Source of the DNA: a candidate division WOR-3 bacterium
GTDB taxonomy: Bacteria > Hydrothermota > Hydrothermia > JBDRYB01
Assembly (NCBI GenBank): GCA_049969615.1
Contig: JBMFOM010000019.1
Location: forward strand, 1-23,891
DNA length: 23,891 nucleotides
Direction of reading: 5' to 3'
Part shown: in pieces, positions 8,763 to 18,300 of the stretch
How the letters are laid out: the number at the start of each line of letters is the position of its first letter
How positions within the stretch are numbered: position 1 is the first letter of the stretch
Position numbers and translations under genes: made by a program
Notes under the pieces: generated by a model
What the model saw: the letters and a program-made list of their open reading frames with translations, nothing else
Database searches by the model: none
Told to the model about the DNA's origin: nothing

Positions 8763-8782
8763 AAAATCCCGCTACAAAAGAA
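8752..8782 (+). repeat. Repeat copy C, GAAACCCCTGAAAAATCCCGCTACAAAAGAA (contains the Hsp100 stop codon)
   Basis: Inverted partner of 5672-5702 (27/31). The TGA at 8760-8762 lies inside it. Confidence 0.85.
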
Positions 8783-8805
8783 ATCCACGGCCGGTGGCAG
8801 TGAGC

Positions 8806-9543
8806 CTACATCCTGAACCTTTCGCCGAGATAAACCTTTCTGGCCTCTGGATCGTTGACAAGGATATCGGATGTGCCCGCAAGGAGGATCTTTCCCTCGT
8901 AGATTATGTATGACCTGTCAGTGACCTCAAGGGTTTCCCGGACATTGTGATCCGTTATGACTATGCCTATGTCAAGGGCTTTCAGTCCCTTCACTATGTC
9001 CTGGACCTCCTCCCTGGTCTTGGGGTCTATGCCAACAAAGGGTTCGTCAAGAAGGAGAAATTTTGGCTTTATGGCGAGTGCCCTGGCTATTTCAACCCTC
9101 CTGCGTTCTCCGCCCGAAAGTTGTGCCCCTGTCTGTTTTGCCAGGTGTGAGACTCCCATTATCTCAAGGACTTCCTCGGCTCTGGCTTTTGCCTCCGAGC
9201 GTTTGAAACCCCTTATTTCCAGAACCGCATATACATTTTGCCACACGGTTAGCCTCCTGAACACCGATGCCTCCTGCGGCAGGTAGCTTATGCCGAGCCG
9301 GGCGCGCTTGAACATGGGCATCCTGGTTATCTCCACGGATGAGCCGGTGTCCCCCTCAATGAATACCTTGCCGGAGTTGGGTTTTATCACGCCCATGATC
9401 ATGTAGAAGGTCGTGGTCTTTCCCGCGCCGTTCGGGCCGAGGAGTCCGACTATCTCGCCCTTGCTCACATCAATGTCCACGCCATCAACCACCCTGCGCT
9501 TTCCATAGAGCTTAACCAGTCCTTCAGCTCTCAGCCTTTCCAT
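8806..9543 (-). CDS. lptB: LPS export ABC transporter ATP-binding protein
   Basis: [71 protein letters not shown]-terminal YLGERFRM. Confidence 0.97.
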   Translation of the reverse strand: MERLRAEGLVKLYGKRRVVDGVDIDVSKGEIVGLLGPNGAGKTTTFYMIMGVIKPNSGKVFIEGDTGSSVEITRMPMFKRARLGISYLPQEASVFRRLTVWQNVYAVLEIRGFKRSEAKARAEEVLEIMGVSHLAKQTGAQLSGGERRRVEIARALAIKPKFLLLDEPFVGIDPKTREEVQDIVKGLKALDIGIVITDHNVRETLEVTDRSYIIYEGKILLAGTSDILVNDPEARKVYLGERFRM

Positions 9544-9544
9544 T

Positions 9545-10444
9545 TTATTCTCCCTTCCTTTCCCTGTAGAATCCCGAGGTCAGGTTTTCCGCATAGACAT
9601 CAGATACCTCGCCAGCATCGTCAAAAATAGCGATGACCCTCGCGCCGGATACCTGGATCATCGTTCCCTTTTCCTCCCTGTGAACAACAGCGTTGGATAT
9701 GAAGTCCATTTGCCGGACCTTGCCATCCAAGGAGGTCATCATTACCGTGTCCGAGGTCGCCCAGCCTGTCTCCCACTGGACACGGCATGTGCCCGTCAGC
9801 GTTGCTATCTCGGTCTTTGGCCTGGTTGAATCCGTCCCCGCGCCGGTCGTGTCCTGTTCAAAAGCAGAGAGCGTATCCCCCCAAGCCATGGTTCCCCTGC
9901 TCTTTACCGTCACATTCCCAGTTGCCCAGATGGTATCCTTTATCACGTAGAAGACGTTTCCCCTTATGACCATAGTATCCTGGCGTATGATCACTGCCCT
10001 GGGATTGCCTATCAGGTGGCCCTTTTTCTCCTTGAGGTCATAGTAGCCCGTGTCCCCGTATACCCTGACATCCTTGTCCTTCACATATATCTCAACAGCG
10101 CCCCTAGCAACGGATGAATCCCCTATGACCTCAATCGTCTTTGATGCAATTGTCCTGTATCTGTCGTCAAGGAACGCCCTGCCAGAAAGGTAAAGATACT
10201 CAGGGCGGGGAATATAGCGCAGGGTGTCCGAGGATATGGTGTAGTCCGGGCCCTTAACCAGCGCGTCCCCGTAGAGGATGGAGAGCCTTGAAGCCTCGTA
10301 GTAGATGCCCATCTTTGCTGTTATGTTGGCCTTAGTTGCCTGGACCCTGACACGGCCGATGAGTTCTATTGCCCTGCCCGATGGCGTCTCGGTGATGATC
10401 ATCTTATCCGCCCAGAAGTTGTAGGTCAGAAGGGCAAGGATCAT
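9545..10444 (-). CDS. LptA/OstA-like beta-jellyroll protein (multi-repeat)
   Basis: Repeated beta-jellyroll-like motifs ([40 protein letters not shown]). Ends 1 nt before lptB. Start at ATG 10444, 6 nt after TATAAT (10451-10456). Confidence 0.75.
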   Translation of the reverse strand: MILALLTYNFWADKMIITETPSGRAIELIGRVRVQATKANITAKMGIYYEASRLSILYGDALVKGPDYTISSDTLRYIPRPEYLYLSGRAFLDDRYRTIASKTIEVIGDSSVARGAVEIYVKDKDVRVYGDTGYYDLKEKKGHLIGNPRAVIIRQDTMVIRGNVFYVIKDTIWATGNVTVKSRGTMAWGDTLSAFEQDTTGAGTDSTRPKTEIATLTGTCRVQWETGWATSDTVMMTSLDGKVRQMDFISNAVVHREEKGTMIQVSGARVIAIFDDAGEVSDVYAENLTSGFYRERKGE

Positions 10445-10510
10445 GTTGATATTATAAGGAAACCAGAAGCTACACCGCCAAGTGGATTCCGTGCCGCCTT
10501 GGTTGTTTTT

Positions 10511-10538
10511 AACTGGCAACCGGTAACTGGTAACCGTT
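10511..10538 (+). repeat. Four tandem heptamers AACTGGC AACCGGT AACTGGT AACCGTT
   Basis: Read directly. They lie in the divergent promoter region and abut the accD -10 element. Confidence 0.7.
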
Positions 10539-10549
10539 ATAATTATCGC
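10538..10549 (+). promoter_or_regulatory. -10 element of a probable leaderless promoter (accD)
   Basis: TATAAT(10538-10543)-TATCGC-ATG(10550); no SD. Confidence 0.65.
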
Positions 10550-11416
10550 ATGCTTTTCTGGAGAAAGAAGAAAAAGCCCTTAGAGGCGAAAAAGACTGAG
10601 GTGCCGGAGGACGCGTGGGTAAAGTGCTCTTGCGGGGAGGTTCACTACAAAGCCCAGCTGGACAGAAACTGGTGGGTCTGCCTGAAGTGCGGCGCGCACA
10701 TGCGCATTCCCGCCAGAAAATTCGTTGAATACCTCCTTGATGGCGGCAGGTTTAACTCGGAGATAGCACCGAACCTGGTTCCCACTGATCCTCTTGATTT
10801 TCCCGAATACAAGGACAAGGTGAAACGGGACCAGAGGAAGTCCGGAGAAACCGAGGCCGCGATAGCGGGCCTGGGCGAAATGGGCGGCCACAGGGTCGTC
10901 CTTTTCGTGACGGATTTCAATTTCCTTGGCGGGTCAATGGGTTCAGTCGTCGGCGAGAAGTTTCTCCGCGCGGCCCGGAAGGCCGTTGAACTCAGACATC
11001 CCCTCATAGCGGTGACCGCTTCCGGCGGTGGCGCGCGCATGCACGAGGGCATAATATCGCTCATGCAAATGGTCAAAACGACGGTGTGCTGTATTGACCT
11101 TGATTTGGCTAAAGTCCCATACATAAATGTCCTTTCTGATCCAACGATGGCGGGGGTCATGGCCTCATTCGCTTCACTCGGGGACATACTCATAGCTGAG
11201 CCTGGTGCCCTGCTCGGCTTCACTGGCCCCCGGGTCATTCAACAGACCATAGGCGTTGACTTGCCGGAGGGTTTTGAGACCTCAGAGTTCCAGCTGGAGC
11301 ACGGACAGATTGACCTGGTGGTTCCCAGGCCAAAACTGCGCGAGACCCTCATCAGGATACTTGATATCCTTTGCGGGATACCATCAGCGAGAAAGAAGGA
11401 GGCCGCGAGAACATGA
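10550..11416 (+). CDS. accD: Acetyl-CoA carboxylase carboxyltransferase beta subunit
   Basis: N-terminal zinc finger WVKCSC..VCLKCG.H.R, DPLDF, DFNFLGGSMGSVVGEK, SGGGARMHEGIISLMQM.K, PTMAGVMASFA, AEPGALLGFTGPRVI, LPEGF.TSEF.LEHGQID. Confidence 0.96.
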   Translation: MLFWRKKKKPLEAKKTEVPEDAWVKCSCGEVHYKAQLDRNWWVCLKCGAHMRIPARKFVEYLLDGGRFNSEIAPNLVPTDPLDFPEYKDKVKRDQRKSGETEAAIAGLGEMGGHRVVLFVTDFNFLGGSMGSVVGEKFLRAARKAVELRHPLIAVTASGGGARMHEGIISLMQMVKTTVCCIDLDLAKVPYINVLSDPTMAGVMASFASLGDILIAEPGALLGFTGPRVIQQTIGVDLPEGFETSEFQLEHGQIDLVVPRPKLRETLIRILDILCGIPSARKKEAART

Positions 11417-12126
11417 GGGCCTTTTCGTTGCTCGCCGCCCATAGAAACCAGGCGACGATCCTCTTGCTGGCCCTGGGGATTCTCGCGCTTTCCTGTGACA
11501 TGGTTGACCGGGAGCAAGCGGATTACCTCATGTGGGAGAACGAGGGAACCAGGTGGGCCTACCGGGTGGTTGAGGGAACATTTCCCCACGACACCTTTTA
11601 TATTACACGAATAAGCGCGGCCGACACGGCCTTCGGCTCCGAGAGCGCTGATGTCTGTCTGGACTGGGAGGGCCGGAGGGAATATTTCAGCCTGACCGGT
11701 GATAGGGTGGACATAATGACTGATTTCTCAGCGTATCCGGCCGGACAAGTCGTTCCCCTGGAGTACAGGTTCACCCTTTTCATGAGATACCCGCCCGTGC
11801 TGGGTAATAACTGGAATGATACCTCACGAGGAAGGGTAATATACCAGGGGGATACCTTTGCCTATTACCACGCCATATCAGGCTCAGTTGATTCGTTGCT
11901 CACCATTTCCGTGCCATACCAGGACAACCTGGAGAATGTTTATCTGGTCAGAGTGGATGAGCACCTCTGCTCTGATGAGGCAGAGTTCAGGTTCCATAGG
12001 GTCTTTTATCTGGGACCCGATATCGGAATAGTCAAGGCGAGGCTCGGCCCAGACACATTCAGGTTCGCTGACTCGTCGTGGGTGGAGGAACACATGGTCC
12101 TTGAGCTCCTTGATTTCCAGAAATGA
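11413..12126 (+). CDS. Hypothetical beta-rich lipoprotein
   Basis: ATGA overlap with the accD stop. Lipobox ILALSC; GTRWAY; C-terminal YLGPDIGIVK pattern typical of all-beta secreted proteins. Confidence 0.75.
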   Translation: MRAFSLLAAHRNQATILLLALGILALSCDMVDREQADYLMWENEGTRWAYRVVEGTFPHDTFYITRISAADTAFGSESADVCLDWEGRREYFSLTGDRVDIMTDFSAYPAGQVVPLEYRFTLFMRYPPVLGNNWNDTSRGRVIYQGDTFAYYHAISGSVDSLLTISVPYQDNLENVYLVRVDEHLCSDEAEFRFHRVFYLGPDIGIVKARLGPDTFRFADSSWVEEHMVLELLDFQK

Positions 12127-12647
12127 GATCGCGGGCGGGCCTTCCAGTTATCTTGTTTTTGACCTTTCTGGCCTGTTCTGGGGAGAAGTTGGGTGGTGTG
12201 GAAGCATTTCCCGGAAACGAGTCCGCGGAAGGGGTCCGGATGTGGCAGACCGACAAGGGCCGCAGGCTATGGGAACTCTCCGCGGACAGCATGGAGCAGG
12301 CCGGCGACACCGTCAGGGTCAAGGGGGTAAGATTGACCTTCTACGACAGATATGGCAAGCCTCAGAGCGTCCTGACATCCGATTCCGGCAGATATTATCA
12401 GTCATCCGAGAACATGGCCGCGTTCGGCAGGGTGGAGGTCAATGGCCAGGATGGTTCCTACCTCCTGACAACCAGCCTGTTTTACGACAAGGAGAGGGAA
12501 GAGATATTCACTGAGGACAGGGTCTATATCAGAACCAGGGACAAGGAGGTTTGGGGCAAAGGCCTCACATCTGATCCTGGCCTCACTAGGATAGAGATAA
12601 AGGAGGAGGTTACGGGAAGGGGTCAGGAGGAGGAATGGCAGAGGTAG
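12123..12647 (+). CDS. lptC: LPS export periplasmic protein LptC
   Basis: N-terminal anchor FLTFLAC; WELSAD, V.LTFYD, LTSDSGRY, G.VEV, L.TTSLFYD, IFTEDRVYI, GKGLTSD. ATGA-coupled to the upstream gene. Confidence 0.85.
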   Translation: MRSRAGLPVILFLTFLACSGEKLGGVEAFPGNESAEGVRMWQTDKGRRLWELSADSMEQAGDTVRVKGVRLTFYDRYGKPQSVLTSDSGRYYQSSENMAAFGRVEVNGQDGSYLLTTSLFYDKEREEIFTEDRVYIRTRDKEVWGKGLTSDPGLTRIEIKEEVTGRGQEEEWQR

Positions 12648-12898
12648 AGGACGAGCTGACCGAGAGAATAGCCAAACGTGTCGTGGACATGGGCATGGGT
12701 ATGATTTCCATAGCTTTTCTGGAAAGCCTCAAGCCCATTAGTTTTATTGGCTCGTCCATACTGGTCTTCGCTAGGCCCATCTTCAGCGTGTTTTTTGATG
12801 GCACCGCTTACGATCGTTTCGTGGAGCTCGTGGAGGACAGAAGGAACATAGAGCACCTTGTTGACAGGATAGAACAGTTGCAGGACGAGAAGGGGTAG
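12635..12898 (+). CDS. Small conserved-looking hypothetical protein
   Basis: Strong SD (GGAGGAGG) and 13-nt overlap with lptC. 87 aa with FLESLKPISFIGS and EDRRNIEHLVDRIE motifs. Confidence 0.75.
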   Translation: MAEVEDELTERIAKRVVDMGMGMISIAFLESLKPISFIGSSILVFARPIFSVFFDGTAYDRFVELVEDRRNIEHLVDRIEQLQDEKG

Positions 12899-13028
12899 TC
12901 TGACCTTCTCCCTAAATAGTCTTATAACCCTCTTCCTGTGCAGGATCAAATTTTTGTATTTGGGGAGACCGGACAGATCTGTGGTGGATGCGCCGGCCCC
13001 CGCATTGCTCGGCTCAACTTCCACGTCC

Positions 13029-13064
13029 TTGAATCGGTATGCAGGCATGGATTAATATTTCGCC
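13029..13064 (+). promoter_or_regulatory. Probable leaderless promoter of the CPBP protease gene
   Basis: TTGAAT (13029-13034), 18-nt spacer, TAATAT (13053-13058), TTCGCC, ATG 13065. Confidence 0.6.
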
Positions 13065-14951
13065 ATGAAGAAATGGATTGAATATTTGATCATTGTTGTG
13101 GTTGGTGCGGTCGGCGCTGGGCTTTTCTTTGGTTTCTACGAGAAGGTTTTGCCATCAGCGGCCGTTGACCTGAAGCTCTCAAAGGCTGATGTAATAGCTA
13201 AGGCCAGGGACTTCTGGACAGCCAGAGGCGTGAACCTGTCCGGCTACCAAGAGGCAACGGTGTTCTCCGCTGACAACGAGGCCTCGGTCTATCTACAAAA
13301 GACCATCGGCGTTGATTCCGCGAACGCTCTTGGGAAGGGAACCGTTCCGATCTGGTTCTGGAGGGTCAGGTTCTTTAAGCCCCTGACAAAAGAGGAGTTC
13401 ATCGCGAGGATTGAACCAGACGGCAGGCTCTCCGCTTTTCAGCATATAATCTCGGAGGATGCGCCCGGAGATTACCTTACCGAGGCTGAGGCACTTGAGC
13501 TCGCCACGAATTACCTCAGGGATAATTTTGGAATGGATCCGGCCGAGTGGGAGATGGTCAAGTCTTCCTCGGAAGACAGGAAGGCCAGGCGTGATTATTA
13601 TTTTACCTTCAAAAAGCCGTCGGCTGTTTGGGGGGAGTCTGACCTCAGGGTAGATGTGGTCCTCGCGGGCTCAGAGGTCGCGTCCGTGATAAAATACCTA
13701 AAGGTTCCGGAGGAGTTCACCCGGAGCTATCAATCTCAGCGCTCCTTTGGCAGTCTTCTTGGAACAATAGCAACCCTTCTGGCGGTGCTCATGGTTTTCG
13801 CCGGGGTGATCATGTTCTTCGTGAGCCTGCGCAAGCGCGGGAACGACATCAAGCTCGCCACCCTGGTTGGCGTTGCTCTGGGCCTGTCAATACTCATTTC
13901 CAACGCCACCCTGATCCCAACTTACCTTGCCAGATATGATACCGCTACTCAGCTCTCAAGTTATCTGGTCCAGATTTTCATGGGTATGGCTCTATCGGTC
14001 CTGGTCCTGGGATTCTTCGTTGGAGTAGCGGCTGGTTGGGCTGGTGACGCCATAAACAAAAAGGAAACCCTGTGGGGCCTCGTTCCCCTTTCCAGAGGAA
14101 GGCTCTCCAGGCGCATGGCTGGCTGGGCACTCCTATCCTATCCCCTGGCTTTCTTTTTCATGGGCCTGCAGGTGATAATCTATTTCTTCGGGGTGAAGTT
14201 CATGGGGGTCTGGGCGCCGGCTGAGAGCGAATATACCATGGTTTTTGCTTCTTCCATCCCAGCCCTCTTCGCTCTTGGCACCTCCCTTTCCGCGGGCCTG
14301 AACGAGGAGGTCCTGTTCCGTTTCTTTGGCTTTGCCCTCTTCAAGAAGGCTGTCCGGAACACATTCCTTGCGTTCCTTATACCAACCGTCATCTGGGCCT
14401 TCTTGCACTCCGGCTACGAGATATTCCCGGTTTACTTCAGGGGGATAGAACTCACCATAGGCGGTCTGCTCTTCGCTTTTGTTTTCTGGCGCTACGGCCT
14501 CTTCACAGCCATAATGACTCACTGGATAGTTGATACCCTATACTTCACCATACCCCTGATGAAGTCCTCGTCCATGGGTTTTGTTATATCCGGCGCTGTG
14601 GCCGCTGGTTTTGGCCTGATAATAGCCCTCGTTGCTCTGTTCGGAAAGCCGGAGAAGGATATCGCTGTTTCCGAGAAGACCATTTCTGTTGTCTCTGCGG
14701 CCCTTGACTATTTTAGGGATCATCCAGAGGCCCTGCACGAATTTTTGATAAAAGCTGGGCTGTCCGATGCCCTCCCGGCCGAGAGACTGAGATACCTGGT
14801 TAAGGAGCTCATGGGCCTCAGGCTCAAAGAGAAGAAGGATCAGTATTTCGTCAAGGGCCTGGCCGCCGGGGATGCTGAACTGCTCTCCGGGGCCACCGGT
14901 CTTTTTGCCGAGGAAACGAAAAAGGGCTGGGTATTCAGGAAACAAGCATGA
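13065..14951 (+). CDS. CPBP/Abi (type II CAAX) intramembrane glutamic endopeptidase with a large N-terminal extracytoplasmic domain
   Basis: Catalytic motifs NEEVLFR, WAFLH and AIMTHW..D within a multi-TM region. N-terminal TM helix followed by an about 200-aa soluble domain; about 100-aa soluble C-tail. Confidence 0.85.
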   Translation: MKKWIEYLIIVVVGAVGAGLFFGFYEKVLPSAAVDLKLSKADVIAKARDFWTARGVNLSGYQEATVFSADNEASVYLQKTIGVDSANALGKGTVPIWFWRVRFFKPLTKEEFIARIEPDGRLSAFQHIISEDAPGDYLTEAEALELATNYLRDNFGMDPAEWEMVKSSSEDRKARRDYYFTFKKPSAVWGESDLRVDVVLAGSEVASVIKYLKVPEEFTRSYQSQRSFGSLLGTIATLLAVLMVFAGVIMFFVSLRKRGNDIKLATLVGVALGLSILISNATLIPTYLARYDTATQLSSYLVQIFMGMALSVLVLGFFVGVAAGWAGDAINKKETLWGLVPLSRGRLSRRMAGWALLSYPLAFFFMGLQVIIYFFGVKFMGVWAPAESEYTMVFASSIPALFALGTSLSAGLNEEVLFRFFGFALFKKAVRNTFLAFLIPTVIWAFLHSGYEIFPVYFRGIELTIGGLLFAFVFWRYGLFTAIMTHWIVDTLYFTIPLMKSSSMGFVISGAVAAGFGLIIALVALFGKPEKDIAVSEKTISVVSAALDYFRDHPEALHEFLIKAGLSDALPAERLRYLVKELMGLRLKEKKDQYFVKGLAAGDAELLSGATGLFAEETKKGWVFRKQA

Positions 14952-15358
14952 GGAACCTTTTATCTGCGACGCTTATTCTCCTTTATCGCGGAAAGGTTTC
15001 TCCAGCCGTCAGAGGACCCGCCGGATGCTGGAACAATTTATGTAGAGTGGACATCAAGGATGATGAGAATTCTTCCTCGGATCAGATAATAGGTGTTTTT
15101 GACCCCGGAACAAATCTGCTTCCCCCGGATAACGAGACATACCGAAAGATAACGAGGGATTTTCTCAGGGGCCAGGGTCTCAATGATGAGGACACCAGGG
15201 ACATGTTCATATCCCAGGTAGTCAAGGTTGACCTTGAGGGCGATGGAGTCCTTGAGGTCATGACCCGTGGGGACTATTGCGAGGGTTTTGGTTTTGGCAT
15301 ATACAGCTTTGAGAACGGTGAGTTCATCTACAGGAGGGGTTGGGGAGCGGGGGTCTGA
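14948..15358 (+). CDS. Hypothetical protein with a DxxGDGxxE (FG-GAP/VCBS-like) motif; possibly an internally deleted remnant
   Basis: ATGA overlap with the upstream gene. Truncated-looking signal MRNLLSATLILL; VKVDLEGDGVLEV followed directly by a C-terminal DYCEG.G..IY segment. Confidence 0.5.
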   Translation: MRNLLSATLILLYRGKVSPAVRGPAGCWNNLCRVDIKDDENSSSDQIIGVFDPGTNLLPPDNETYRKITRDFLRGQGLNDEDTRDMFISQVVKVDLEGDGVLEVMTRGDYCEGFGFGIYSFENGEFIYRRGWGAGV

Positions 15359-15379
15359 TATACCTCATAATATATGCGT

Positions 15380-18300
15380 ATGCGCGATAGATTCGGAAGA
15401 ACATGGTGGGGCCAAGCCTGGATAAACGCGCTTGAGAATCTGGGGAGGCACTACGCTAACCGGTTACCGAGGGGACGGAGCTATGCCAGAGGAGGAAATG
15501 TCCTCTCCGTTAGGATCCTAGAGGATGGCCTCGTGGTCGCATCTGTTCAGGGGACGATGAGGACCCCGTACAAGGTGAGGATCTCGCTGAGAAGCCTCTC
15601 CAAAAAGGAAACCAATAATCTCGCTCGCAGGGTCAGGGAAAACCCGTTTATGCTAGCTGAACTGCTTTCGGGAAAGCTCCCTGATGGCCTTGGCCCCCTA
15701 ATATTACCTTCCAGAGAGGATGAGTTTGAGACATATTGTTCCTGCCCGGATTGGGCCAATCCCTGCAAACATATAGCCGCTGTTCTCTATGTTCTCGCTA
15801 ATGAAATAGACAAGGACCCATTCATCCTTTTCAGGCTCAGGGGAATAGAACCAGAGGGCTTCAAACAAATCGTAGGGACCCAGAGAAAGCCAGTATCCCA
15901 TCAATATATTCCTGCGGATTCCATCGCGGACCCCCAGAAACTGCGAGGCGACATATCCGGGATTGATCTCTCCCTCAACGAGGAGACGGGCGAGAAACTG
16001 CTGGCAGTTCTCACGAGGGTTCCCGAAACGCTCCCCCAAGGTATAGGCGATAGATTCAAGAGGATAACCCTGAGCGCGAGAGAAAACCTGCCAGAAGAAA
16101 ACGTTCCTCCTCGTGATTGGCAGGGCATTGAAGTGAATTTCGTTATTGAAGACGGCGACATTTTCCCCTTGTTTCACAGGAGGAGGATGAAGCATGCCAG
16201 GGGATTCCCCAAAACCATTTATCGGACATGGGTTATGCTTCAGGCCCTTCCGGACGCTCCCTCGCTCACGGATTCAGCGAAGTTTGCTTCTATCATCAGT
16301 CGTTTTGCGGTGTCCCTTATTGATTCCGGACACATAATGCCCATGGCGGCGAAACGCGACGGTTCCCTGATCATTGAGTGGGTTCCCCTGATCCTTGATA
16401 GGACTGAGAGGATATTCAGGCAGTTATCAGAAACGTGCCCGCCGGGAATGTTTCCGGCAAAAACCGGTCCCGGTTCTCCGGAGCTATATTATGCGCCGGA
16501 TGAAGGGATAAGGCTTTTCCTAACGAGGGTCATAAGCGAACACATAGCTAAGACCGTAGCTAAGACTGCTCCTTTCGTGTTGAGATTCCTGGCCTCCAGA
16601 GAATCATTGGCCCTGCGCAGGATTGAGGATGAGGGCTTCGCGGCCGCTCTGGAGAGCTGGCTTGGGGCCTTTGCCCTCCTGAAGCCTGGCGCGCCGAGAC
16701 TGCTATTTTCCCTTGAACCCGAAACCAGCGGCATGTGGGTGATGAGCCTCAAGGTTAGGACCGCAAGCGGCGTTTTGCCCCTCCGGAATGCCCTCTCTGA
16801 GGATGTGCTCCGTGCCCTCCATTACATATCGGGCTTTTTCCCGGGGGTCAGGGAACTGGTTGACAGAGGAAAGATCCGGATACGCCAGGATCAGACCCTC
16901 GATCTGATGACCAGGACGGCCCCTTTTATTGAGCTTGCTGGGGGCAAGATTCTTCTCCCCAAGAGCTTTGTCAGGCTGGGCCAGATAAAGATCAAACGCA
17001 GGGTAAAGGCCAAAGGCAGGATAACCGGTTTCCTGGGGCTTCAGGATGTGGTTGAGTTCAACTGGACCGTTTCCGTGGGCAAAAATGAGATAAGTCTGGA
17101 AGAGTTTGAGAGGCTTGTCGTGGATAAGCTCGGTTTGATCAGGATGGGCGAGGACTGGGTTCTGGTTGAGCCGGATGAACTCGGCCGGTTCTTGAGGAGG
17201 GCTGACAGGTTAAAGGGAGGGCTTCCGAACATGGCCGCGCTTGTGGCTGAAGAGGGCATTGAGAAAGACAGGGCGATCCTTCGGTTCCTTGAGAAACTGA
17301 AGAAACCATCGGATTATCCCTTGCCAAAGGGATTGAGAGCAAAGCTCAGGCCTTATCAGGTCAAGGGATTCAGGTGGCTCGTCCACAACCTAATGCAGGG
17401 TGCGTGTCCTTGTATCGCCGATGATATGGGCCTCGGAAAGACAGTTCAGGTCATCTCATCCCTGCTTTATCTTTTGGAGAACGGCGGTCTAAAAAAACCC
17501 GCCCTCGTGGTTTGTCCGGCCTCCCTCCTACACAACTGGGAAAGGGAGATAAATAGGTTCGCTCCATCGCTGTCCTGTCAGATATATCACGGGCAAGACC
17601 GGAGGATCAGGCGGGATTCTTCGCTTGTCATAACCACATACGGGATGGTTAGGGAAGACGAGAATATAAGAAAGAAAAGATGGAGCATCGTGATAGTGGA
17701 TGAGGCTCAGAACATAAAGAACCCACAGGCCCAGCAGACGAAAATGCTCAAATCCATCAGATCTGATTTCAGGATAGCAATGACAGGCACCCCAATAGAA
17801 AACAGTCTCCAGGACCTCTGGAGCATAATGGATTTCCTGGTTCCCGGATACCTTGGGTCATGGAACTCTTTCTACGAAAAGCTGGCAAGGCCCATTCAGA
17901 AATACGGGGATTCTTCCAGAAAGGAACTCCTGCGCAAGGCCATAGCCCCGCTTGTCCTCAGAAGGCTCAAGACCGACCCCGGAGTCGCCCCGGATCTGCC
18001 GGCAAAGATAGAGAAAGATTATTTTTGTCCTCTAACCCCTGAGCAGGCCAGCCTTTATCAGGCTTTGGTTGAACGCGAGCTTTCGGCAATAGAGGGCACC
18101 GAGGGAATCAGGCGGAAGGGCACTATTCTAAATCTCATTCTCAAGCTGAAGCAGATATGCAATCATCCCAGCCACTTCGATCATTTGGCCGAACCAGATC
18201 CTTCTCGATCCGGCAAGACAAAGGCCCTTCTCCCCATAATTGAGGAGGTGATTTCCGAAAGGGAGAGCATTTTGGTCTTTACCCAGTTCAGGGAAATGGC

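Noticed and set aside
10645-11238. Long antisense ORFs (also 18832-19362, 23214-23699, 15704-16195, 7416-7871)
   Set aside because: These are shadow frames of well-supported genes and lack domain motifs.
12623-13048. 141-aa minus-strand ORF
   Set aside because: About two thirds is antisense to the SD-supported 87-aa gene and the end of lptC. It has no motif or initiation signal, although the first about 50 codons could be a remnant.
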